Source: Sedimentisphaerales bacterium
GTDB taxonomy: Bacteria > Planctomycetota > Phycisphaerae > Sedimentisphaerales > SM23-30
Assembly: GCA_963666285.1 (NCBI GenBank)
Contig: OY762711.1
Strand: one strand, 5' to 3'
Length of the DNA: 64,000 bases
The stretch's first letter is position 1, and each line of letters starts with the position of its first letter. The notes beneath the pieces are model-generated. The model worked only from the letters and a program-made list of their open reading frames with translations, did no database searches and was not told the origin of the DNA. The position numbers and the translations under genes were made by a program. Positions 10,771 to 19,338 of this stretch are shown one piece after another.

Positions 10771-11364
10771 TTAGTCCAGCATGCCAAACATTACCAGTTT
10801 AGCTTCCTGCTTCAATGTCAGAACTTCTTTCAGCTCTTCCTGGGCCTTGATCAATTCCTGTTTTGCCGCTTCTTTGGCTGCTCTCAGCTTGGTCAAAGCT
10901 TCTTTAACCTGCTCGGAGGTAGCTGTTTCGCTTTCCAGAACTGTAGCAAGGCTGTCTGATGCCTTTTCTACCGCCGACTGTTCTTCATTATCATCGTCTG
11001 GACGACCCGGCCTGTCACCTTCTGGACCTTCACCACCAGGACCGCCTGGACCACCCTGGCCGCCTGGGCCACCCATACCGCCGCGACGGCCACGCATCAT
11101 GCGACCCATGCCGCCCATTCTGCTTTCGCGTGATAAGGTCATAACCTTGTTCAGCCTTGGACCGACGATTGTCCATTCTTCATCTGTTATTTCCAGCTGC
11201 TCCTTCATCATGTTATTCATACGTTCCTGCATTGCGCTGCGATCGAAACCGCCGCCTGGACCGCCCTGGCCGCGACGACCGCCGCCCTGGGCCTGGGCAT
11301 AGCATGATACTGCTGTAGCTAGGCTTAATACCAGAATCGCCATAATAATTGTTGCCTTCTTCAT
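10771..11364 (-). CDS. Exported Gly/Arg-rich helical protein of unknown function
   Basis: Signal peptide, GGRRG/GGPGG low-complexity tracts, helical C-terminus (LTLKQEAKLV) loosely Spy/LTxxQ-like. Confidence 0.75.
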   Translation of the reverse strand: MKKATIIMAILVLSLATAVSCYAQAQGGGRRGQGGPGGGFDRSAMQERMNNMMKEQLEITDEEWTIVGPRLNKVMTLSRESRMGGMGRMMRGRRGGMGGPGGQGGPGGPGGEGPEGDRPGRPDDDNEEQSAVEKASDSLATVLESETATSEQVKEALTKLRAAKEAAKQELIKAQEELKEVLTLKQEAKLVMFGMLD

Positions 11365-11770
11365 TTTTTGTCTCCTGATAAATCGTTAATATTAATGATC
11401 TTATAACTCAATTGTTAAAACGAAATCTTATATGCTTTTATTGCATATTTATTAATTATTTTTTCGCTTTTATTGTCTTTTTTATCACCTATTCTTCAAA
11501 CACCTCAACCAACGACAGCCGGGTATCCCCGGCATGCCGCCAGTTGATTCGACGAGACCTGTGTCTTCACTAAAAAACGGCCCTCTGGCATAGGGATAAT
11601 CCTTACCAGAAGGCTGCTGTATTTAATTGCCATTACCTGATTGCTATGCCGCCAAAATCCAAGAGCAACTACGCAATATCGGTAATGGCCGTCATGGGCA
11701 TCCGATATAAAACAATAAATTTCCAGGTTTTATAACAGCAATACGCATAATTTTATTGCTGCTTTTATTC

Positions 11771-12253
11771 CTAGATATACTGATCGATCATGTTACCTAC
11801 AGAACTTGTTAAGGCCTGTTTAAACTGGCCCAAAAAGCTCTCCAGGTCCGATTCATCTGCTTCGCCGCTTTGAATTTGACTGATTAGGTCCATCAAAGTT
11901 GATACGGTACTGGTTTCGCTGCTTTCTTCTACACCGCTTATTCCAGATACTCCGCCTTCTGAACCTTCTCCACCCGGAGGCATTCCGCCCGGAGGTGGTC
12001 CTTCTGGAGGCGCCATAGTACTGAAATCTAAGCCGGCTTCTGTCATCGCCTGCATGGTCTCTCGACTGCGAGGGATGCCTGCCTCTTCCATCTCGGCATG
12101 CAGCTGGTCAAGCTCTTCCTGGCTTATATTCTCTAAGTCATAATTGGATAAAATATCCTGGAGCGCGTTTTCCTGTTCCTCGCTCAAAGGCTGGGACGGC
12201 GGCTGCTGCATCTGCTGCATACTGCTCGTCGTGTTCATTCCTTGGATCTGCAT
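11771..12253 (-). CDS. Hypothetical acidic protein (probable start MQIQG at 12253)
   Basis: GAAAGGA SD upstream of ATG 12253; PPPGG tract; C-terminus GNMIDQYI. Confidence 0.7.
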   Translation of the reverse strand: MQIQGMNTTSSMQQMQQPPSQPLSEEQENALQDILSNYDLENISQEELDQLHAEMEEAGIPRSRETMQAMTEAGLDFSTMAPPEGPPPGGMPPGGEGSEGGVSGISGVEESSETSTVSTLMDLISQIQSGEADESDLESFLGQFKQALTSSVGNMIDQYI

Positions 12254-12619
12254 AGTATTTTTCCTTTCAACTAATGCTTCTGCACTTACCGACAAAACTC
12301 GCTTTTTATAATCTTCTGCTATATGCGGACAGACATCGGGCGTAGACGTATCATTACGCCTTAACTGTCTTCAAGAGCAATGGGAAATACTGACTATTCG
12401 TAAAGCAGGTTTTAGGTAAGCTTTAACTAAGGTTAATGTTTCATATCCGATTGCCATTTGACTAAAACTCATCACAATATATCTAATTGCGAAATTTAGC
12501 CGGTTTTTTTACGATCATCTTAGATCTTAGCCAACCAGCCAATCCCGACAAACAGGATTTGGATGGGTTATAGTTATAGAGTCCGTTCTACGCTTAGCTG
12601 TCAGAAACATCTGAAAATA

Positions 12620-13168
12620 CTAAAACTCCATTCGAGGCGGTCCAGGTGGGCCGTCCTTAAAACCGCGGTCCGGACCGCGATTCGGACCATGATCTGGGCC
12701 ATGATTGTGATCCGGCTTCTCTGCCATGATCTCTTTTAATTTTGCCAGCTGATCTGGTTTCAATATCTTTGCCAGCTGCTGGAAGTGCTCGATTTGAGTT
12801 AACTCAAATTCCGCTTTCTTATCTCCTATCATACGCGCGAATTTCTCGACCTTCTCCTTGTCCAGGTCGGGATTCAATGCTTCATTGATAAACTGGGTCC
12901 TTAGCTCGTCCATCTCTTCAAAATGCTTATCAATAGCCGCCATATGAGCAGTTCGCATCTTTTTCATCTGTGCGGCCTGCTCTTCGCTAAGGCCTAATTC
13001 TTCATCCATCATATCCATCTGGCTGTCGCCGCCCATACGGGGCGGAAAATTCGGTCCGCCATGATGGGGACGCATACCGCTAAACAAAAATATTACTACT
13101 GCAACATTTGTCAGGCATAAAACCAGGATCAAAATCGTTACTATTCTATTTTTCAATAAGTAATCCAT
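12620..13168 (-). CDS. Membrane-anchored Spy/CpxP-like periplasmic protein (heavy-metal-sensor type)
   Basis: N-terminal TM, LGLSEEQ and ILKPDQ LTxxQ-like motifs, His/Met-rich. Confidence 0.8.
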   Translation of the reverse strand: MDYLLKNRIVTILILVLCLTNVAVVIFLFSGMRPHHGGPNFPPRMGGDSQMDMMDEELGLSEEQAAQMKKMRTAHMAAIDKHFEEMDELRTQFINEALNPDLDKEKVEKFARMIGDKKAEFELTQIEHFQQLAKILKPDQLAKLKEIMAEKPDHNHGPDHGPNRGPDRGFKDGPPGPPRMEF

Positions 13169-13231
13169 TTTCTTTCTTAAACAATACTGTAATTCAAAAT
13201 CTTATATTGACCGGCATATGATGCTCAGCCA

Positions 13232-13567
13232 TTAACTATCACTCTCTATATCATTCTCAACAAACCAGTAAACATCGCGGCTGTCCTGTGCGGCATTATA
13301 AATATAACTATAACTTCTGCTGCTGTTGTCAACCGAGTTCGCTCCTGCTATAGTCACTACACACACCATATTTAAGACAAATACCAGCAGTAACAGTGAC
13401 AGCGAAACATAGCCAAACCGCACTGAACGTTCACGCTGAACCTTGATGTTCGATATCTTATCTTTCAAACCAAGGTAAAATTCACTTCCACAGCTCAAAC
13501 TGTCGTCTCTTTCCATTCCATCCAGCATCAAGCTGACTGTCTCATTTCGTTGTTTTTTTGTATTCAT
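13232..13567 (-). CDS. Putative single-TM anti-sigma factor
   Basis: Small, one TM, lies between the ECF sigma and the Spy/CpxP-like gene; start may extend to 13585. Confidence 0.6.
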   Translation of the reverse strand: MNTKKQRNETVSLMLDGMERDDSLSCGSEFYLGLKDKISNIKVQRERSVRFGYVSLSLLLLVFVLNMVCVVTIAGANSVDNSSRSYSYIYNAAQDSRDVYWFVENDIESDS

Positions 13568-13618
13568 TTCACACGTCCATTTCAAGGCTTTCCAAAACTC
13601 CGTAACTTCTGCCGTTCG

Positions 13619-14161
13619 TCAGCTTCCACAAAACTGACTCAGTTGCTTCTCAAGGTTCGTCCGACCCCGAAACAGCAATGACTCAACCGACGAACTGCTC
13701 GTCTGCATTACTTCTGCAGCTTCCTTTACCGACATCTCCTCTATCTTACACAGGACAACTGCGACCTTTTGCCTGTCCGGCAATCGGTCGATTGCCTGGT
13801 ACAATACTTTCTTCCTTTCCTTTTCGTCCAGATTCTCCACCGGACTCAAAAAAGGCTTACTGTCCTTGGTATGCAAAAACAGGGCCTTCAAATCTGCCAC
13901 TCGCTTTTTGCGGTTCCGACGCCGAATCACATCTATAGACTTATTCACGGCAATGCGAAATATCCACGAACTCAGATGCGAACTCGTGTGAATCTTTCCT
14001 GAAGCAAGATATATCTCCACAAAAACTTCTTGAGCCGTGTCTTCGGCATCTTCTCTGTTATGCAAAAAAGAATAACAGACATTTAATACTCTATCACCAA
14101 AATCTCTAAGTATTTGTTCGAACTCTACTTCCGGACTTTTTTTTGTCTCGGTACTATCCAC
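13619..14161 (-). CDS. ECF RNA polymerase sigma factor
   Basis: DAEDTAQEVF, SWIFRIAVNKSID (region 2); region 4 HTH (SVKEAAEVM...VESLLFRGR). Confidence 0.95.
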   Translation of the reverse strand: MDSTETKKSPEVEFEQILRDFGDRVLNVCYSFLHNREDAEDTAQEVFVEIYLASGKIHTSSHLSSWIFRIAVNKSIDVIRRRNRKKRVADLKALFLHTKDSKPFLSPVENLDEKERKKVLYQAIDRLPDRQKVAVVLCKIEEMSVKEAAEVMQTSSSSVESLLFRGRTNLEKQLSQFCGS

Positions 14162-14430
14162 TAATCAAAGTATTCCACGCTTGTTTACTCCCCTGTTGCC
14201 GCCTTCAATATAATAAACGACGTAATTATTGGCAATCATGCGAAAATATTATTTTTTTTAACCCTGATTTACATTAAATCTAACATAAATCAAAACATTT
14301 ATTGCCAATCAAAACATAAATATCTATAAAAAAACACCTTACATGAAGTTACATAATTGTCACCCCCCACGCATCCTAAACCAATTCTTACTTCAAGTTA
14401 AATTTACCACACTTATTATAAGACCTCCCA

Positions 14431-15159
14431 TCATCCTTTATCTTCGGTCCTTTCCAGAAACACCAGCAGCAGATTATCGGCATACGCCAGCGACAGCCTC
14501 CTCAATATCAATTTCCGGCATCCATACAAAATCATATAAAAATATATTATCAGCAGAAAAAACGACATTATCCGCCAATTCTGCTCCAGCCCGTACACCA
14601 CCGCACTGCCCAGACTCCCGATCCCGCAAAAAATCACCCCACCAATCAGGTTACGAAAGAAACCGTATCGAATCTCATATCCCTTCACAATCGGGGCCTT
14701 ATCAACAAACCGCACTACCTTACAGATCGCTTCACGGGCCAGGTCCCGCGCATTCTCCGGATCCTGCTCTTCCTGGCTCGCATCATACAGCGTACAGCCA
14801 AACACCTTTTTTATCCGGTCATGCACCTTATCCTTCATTTCTCTTGATATTATCCCGCCGCTATACAGCAGCGAATCGGTCGTCGGAAAATACCGGCCGC
14901 CCTCACCAAAAACATCATACTCGATCAGCACCTTCGCCATCCCGCACTGAAACTCCACCAGCGCAACCATCAGCACCAGCGAAAAACTGAAATTCGATAT
15001 CAGCATCCACTTCATACTATCTGCTATATCAGACCAGAAACTAGGACCCACCAGTATTATCAAAAAATGAACAAAAGGCACAACCGCCAAAAAAGTTGGT
15101 ATATACCTCGCCTTGATACCATACTCATCCATATCTTTCAACATACCCGTCTTACTCAT
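14431..15159 (-). CDS. Hypothetical membrane protein with about four TM helices
   Basis: Two N-terminal and two C-terminal hydrophobic segments; DEYGIKARYIP, FPTT and YGFFRNL motifs. Confidence 0.7.
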   Translation of the reverse strand: MSKTGMLKDMDEYGIKARYIPTFLAVVPFVHFLIILVGPSFWSDIADSMKWMLISNFSFSLVLMVALVEFQCGMAKVLIEYDVFGEGGRYFPTTDSLLYSGGIISREMKDKVHDRIKKVFGCTLYDASQEEQDPENARDLAREAICKVVRFVDKAPIVKGYEIRYGFFRNLIGGVIFCGIGSLGSAVVYGLEQNWRIMSFFLLIIYFYMILYGCRKLILRRLSLAYADNLLLVFLERTEDKG

Positions 15160-15430
15160 ACCGGCTCCCCAAGCTTACGCTTAATTGTGTGTTATTACCA
15201 CCATTTATACCGCCATTTTAACAAGACTATAAGTAAATCATTTAACCTGATTTTCTCAAATCAACCAATTTCACACTTTATTCAACTCTACCATATTGTA
15301 ATGCGATTCGTTCCGCCCCGCGGCTTTCCAAATAACAAATAACAACCTATACCTTCAAACTAAACATCGGTAACTTTGACTTATTATATGTCCTTTCTGC
15401 CCTGTATGTCCTGTATGTCTTACTAAATAT

Positions 15431-15628
15431 TTAATATTTCGAACCACGTGCTTTTATTCTTGCCTTATACATCTTCTCCTTTAAACCACTTTCACAGATG
15501 AATTGCTGTTCCAGCTTACAAATCTGCTGATCCAGCAGATAGTTCGTCTGGTTGACCAGGCATATAACTATATTCGCTGCCGTTTCAGCACTACGGTTCT
15601 CTATATACAGCCTGTACGTCTCAAACGA
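15431..15628 (-). pseudogene. C-terminal remnant of a four-helix-bundle-suffix-domain protein
   Basis: Hand translation SFETYRLYIENRSAETAANIVICLVNQTNYLLDQQICKLEQQFICESGLKEKMYKAR...; in-frame TAG immediately upstream (15629-15631) and no start codon at the 5' end of the domain. Confidence 0.7.
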
Positions 15629-15860
15629 CTAATCCGCCGCAAGCGAAGATCCGCCTAAGGCAGGGCGATTAATCAAGGTCGCTTGCTCCCACCTTCCCTG
15701 ACACCTGTAAACTGTAAACTGATCCCTGTTTTTTTTACACTTTTTATTTTACCCTTTACACTTTTTCCATATGTCCTATCCGTCCTATTCTTATTATTTC
15801 TCACTTCAAATTCAAACCCGCAATGCGAAGTATTTAAAATCAGCAAACACCTTAGCAACA

Positions 15861-18800
15861 CTATCTATTCTTAAAATACATCTTCCTCTTTATCTTTGCC
15901 CTCTGGTTATCAAAGTTGGTCGCACACATTGCCCGTTCCTTATCAGGTACATGATATCCTGCTTTATTATCGCTATCAAAATAATAAATACCCGTCTGCT
16001 TATCCGGTTCTTTATAATCCTCTGCAAAATCTATATTATTTATATTCGCCCACTCCTTGCCGTCATTATTAACCTCTGTACAATCCAAATACTTCTCATT
16101 TTCAATATCATATACAAATGCCAAATCCCCTGGCACAATAATCACATCTTTGCGATCCGGCGGAACATTTTCATTATTAGCGAGGTATTTATCAACCACA
16201 TTTTCCTTAAGCCCTTTAATCAGCTTACATCTAAATGCCTTCATTTCCTCCCCAAACTCAGACACTACCGCCAGCTTTGGCTGTATACTCGTTATTACTC
16301 TAGCCGTACCAATAATACCCAAATGATTGGGATACCGCACTTCCTGAATGTCGTCATCTGAAACAAGCTTTTTTTCTAACTCCTGCTTCTTTATTGACCC
16401 AATATGCACTACTAACAAATCAGGACGTACCTCATCAATTTGATATCCTTTCCATATCTCACTTATAAGATCTTTGGAAGCCTGCGGTTTACCTCTTTCG
16501 TGTACTATCGGCAGTAAACCGGTATCCCCGGAAAATACCAGCCGTTTTGTTTTATCATTAATCTTAATTTCAAATATCAAACCACAACTGTATTTTGTTG
16601 CTACCAGTTCATGATGATAAGCAGGCACCGCAGTTAAACTTACCTCACTTCCAAGATCAAAACTGTCACCATAGTTCATTACAAATATTTTCTTGATATC
16701 CTTAGAAAACAAATCCACCAAACCGGAAAACTTCATAAAACTGCCTACATTAAGATAAAGACTTATCTTCTTTTCCTTACAGTCATTGTATTCAGAACTT
16801 TCATCTTTTAACTCTTTTAGATTATCATTATATTCATGTATCAGGGTCAATATTGTTTCAAGCTCAATTGTATGATCATTATGCGCATGAGTTATTACAA
16901 CTGCATCAATATCATGTATCCGGCAACCGGCATTGTCAAAATTCTGCAGAAAATTATATCCGGGATCCACCACTATCCCTTTCCCGTTATTCCTGATATA
17001 ATAACCGCCGCCGATGCTTTTCTCTTGATCTCCTGACGGTATTGATGGCGTATATGAATTCCATCTGCGTAATACCATAAATAGAGAATACTTATCATCT
17101 AGTTTAGACTCGGGCAGCAAAAATTCTTTCTGCTTCTTCTCTTCCGCCTCCTGGTCTTCTACAAAACCTCCTGCCTCTTTACTATATTCATTTCGTAAAT
17201 GCTGGATAAAACCAAACAGCTCAGACATTTCTGTTCTGTCTGTTATTTCAGCTTCAATATCTGGAAATATCTTTTTCCATTCTTCCTTCCATTTTTTATC
17301 CAGCAACGAACACAACTGGATAAAATCATTCTTATGTTCCTCTGGTGCTATTTTTAACGCTCTTACCATTAAGTCATAAGCTTCCTCATTATCACCACCT
17401 GACGTACAATATATCGATACACTTTTATTCCTCAAAGCACGAGAATCATCTGGCTTTATCGCCAACGCCCTATCAAAATATTCTATCGCAGCATCGTCAT
17501 CACCTTTCTTACTCAAAGCCACTCCCTTATTTCTCATAGCATCATAATCATCTGGCTTTATCGCCAACGCCCTATCATAATATTCTATTGCAGCATCTTC
17601 ATCACCTTTCTTACTCAAAGACACTCCCTTTTGCCTCAAAGCATCATAATCATCTGGCTTTATCGCCAACGCCCTATCATAATATTCTATCGCAGCATCG
17701 TCATCACCTTTCTTACTCAAAGCCACTCCCTTTTGCCTCAAAGCATCATAATCATCTGGCTTTATCGCCAACGCCCTATCATAATATTCTATCGCAGCAT
17801 CGTCATCACCTTTCTTACTCAAAGACACTCCCTTATTACTCAAGGCATGCGAATCATCTGGCTTTATCGCCAACGCCCTATCAAAATACTCTATTGCAGC
17901 ATCTTCATCACCTTTCTTACTCAAAGCCACTCCCTTTTGCCTCAAAGCATCATAATCATCTGGCTTTATCGCCAACGCCCTATCAAAATACTCTATCGCA
18001 GCATCTTCATCACCTTTCTTACTCAAAGACACTCCCTTTTGCCTCAAAGCATCATAATCATCTGGCTTTATCGCCAACGCCCTATCATAATATTCTATCG
18101 CAGCATCGTCATCACCTTTCTTACTCAAAGTCACTCCCTTATTTATCAAAGCATCATAATCATCTGGCTTTATCGCCAACGCCCTATCATAATATTCTAT
18201 CGCAGCATCTTCATCACCTTTCTTACTCAAAGACACTCCCTTATTACTCAAGGCATGCGAATCATCTGGCTTTATCGCCAACGCCCTATCATAATATTCT
18301 ATCGCAGCATCTTGATCAGCTTTCTTACTCAAAGACACTCCCTTTTGCCTCAAAGCATCATAATCATCTGACTTTATCGCCAACGCCCTATCATAATATT
18401 CTATCGCAGCATCTTCATCACCTTTCTTACTCAAAGACACTCCCTTTTGCCTCAAGGCATGCGAATCATCTGGCTTTATCGCCAACGCCCTATCAAAATA
18501 CTCTATTGCAGCATCTTCATCACCTTTCTTACTCAAAGCCACTCCCTTTTGCCTCAAAGCATCATAATCATCTGGCTTTATCGCCAACGCCCTATCAAAA
18601 TACTCTATCGCAGCATCTTCATCACCTTTCTTACTCAAAGACACTCCCTTTTGCCTCAAAGCATCATAATCATCTGGCTTTATCGCCAACGCCCTATCAT
18701 AATATTCTATCGCAGCATCGTCATCACCTTTCTGACTCAAAGTCACTCCCTTATTTATCAAAGCATCATAATCATCTGGCTTTATCGCCAACGCCCTATC

Positions 18801-19124
18801 AAAATATTCTACCGCAGCATCTTGATTATCGACAATACTATAATAAGTCCCCAACTGCCTGAATAGGAACGAATCATCATTTGATTCCAACTGCCCCAGC
18901 TTTTTTATCGCTGCATTATAATCATCCGTTTCATATCCAATAGTCTCAGCTTCAAAAAACAACACATAATCGCTGTCATTATTTTTCTCCGCTAAAGCTT
19001 TGCCTTCAACCAGAAGCTTTATAGCCTCCTGCTTTTTTTCGCCGGGACCTTTTGCAAATTCATCAGCCCGTCTGCTTATCGCTTGATATTCTTCTTTCCG
19101 CTTTTGATATGCTTTATCACTCAT
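15861..19124 (-). CDS. TPR-repeat protein with C-terminal metallo-beta-lactamase-fold hydrolase domain
   Basis: 14 near-identical 34-aa TPRs; MBL motifs VVDPG, THAHNDH, YHHE, FSGDTG, NHLG. Confidence 0.9.
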   Translation of the reverse strand: MSDKAYQKRKEEYQAISRRADEFAKGPGEKKQEAIKLLVEGKALAEKNNDSDYVLFFEAETIGYETDDYNAAIKKLGQLESNDDSFLFRQLGTYYSIVDNQDAAVEYFDRALAIKPDDYDALINKGVTLSQKGDDDAAIEYYDRALAIKPDDYDALRQKGVSLSKKGDEDAAIEYFDRALAIKPDDYDALRQKGVALSKKGDEDAAIEYFDRALAIKPDDSHALRQKGVSLSKKGDEDAAIEYYDRALAIKSDDYDALRQKGVSLSKKADQDAAIEYYDRALAIKPDDSHALSNKGVSLSKKGDEDAAIEYYDRALAIKPDDYDALINKGVTLSKKGDDDAAIEYYDRALAIKPDDYDALRQKGVSLSKKGDEDAAIEYFDRALAIKPDDYDALRQKGVALSKKGDEDAAIEYFDRALAIKPDDSHALSNKGVSLSKKGDDDAAIEYYDRALAIKPDDYDALRQKGVALSKKGDDDAAIEYYDRALAIKPDDYDALRQKGVSLSKKGDEDAAIEYYDRALAIKPDDYDAMRNKGVALSKKGDDDAAIEYFDRALAIKPDDSRALRNKSVSIYCTSGGDNEEAYDLMVRALKIAPEEHKNDFIQLCSLLDKKWKEEWKKIFPDIEAEITDRTEMSELFGFIQHLRNEYSKEAGGFVEDQEAEEKKQKEFLLPESKLDDKYSLFMVLRRWNSYTPSIPSGDQEKSIGGGYYIRNNGKGIVVDPGYNFLQNFDNAGCRIHDIDAVVITHAHNDHTIELETILTLIHEYNDNLKELKDESSEYNDCKEKKISLYLNVGSFMKFSGLVDLFSKDIKKIFVMNYGDSFDLGSEVSLTAVPAYHHELVATKYSCGLIFEIKINDKTKRLVFSGDTGLLPIVHERGKPQASKDLISEIWKGYQIDEVRPDLLVVHIGSIKKQELEKKLVSDDDIQEVRYPNHLGIIGTARVITSIQPKLAVVSEFGEEMKAFRCKLIKGLKENVVDKYLANNENVPPDRKDVIIVPGDLAFVYDIENEKYLDCTEVNNDGKEWANINNIDFAEDYKEPDKQTGIYYFDSDNKAGYHVPDKERAMCATNFDNQRAKIKRKMYFKNR
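17430..18825 (-). repeat. Tandem 102-bp coding repeat (14 units) with a 612-bp higher-order duplication
   Basis: ATCATCTG(G/A)CTTTATCGCCAACGCCCTATCA recurs every 102 bp from about 17444 to about 18770; the distinctive INKGVTL unit recurs 612 bp apart. Confidence 0.95.
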
Positions 19125-19338
19125 TAGATATTTCCTTTTTATATATCCCTATCAGACAATTCTTAATTTCCTCACACTATTACAATCAACCAAAACATAT
19201 TTTTCGTGTCCTTTCGACCTTTTCGTGGTTGTCAAATTATTAGCCGAAGTTTTCTTCACTACCTTCATGAACTTCATGGTCAACCATTTTCCGCCGCAAC
19301 CGATTTAAATCAAACGTGAACCAACAGACAATTTATTT

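Noticed and set aside
14343..14990. 215-aa plus-strand ORF (likewise 15771-16361 and 8879-9559)
   Set aside because: Antisense to better-supported genes; composition reflects strand skew.
17430..18825. Regular repeat array as a possible CRISPR
   Set aside because: Units are 102 bp, in frame, encode TPRs and have no unique spacers; no cas genes are present.
17588..18866. Long plus-strand ORFs (424, 246 and 139 aa) with His- or Ile-rich repeats
   Set aside because: Antisense shadows of the TPR repeat; stop-free only because one unit is repeated.
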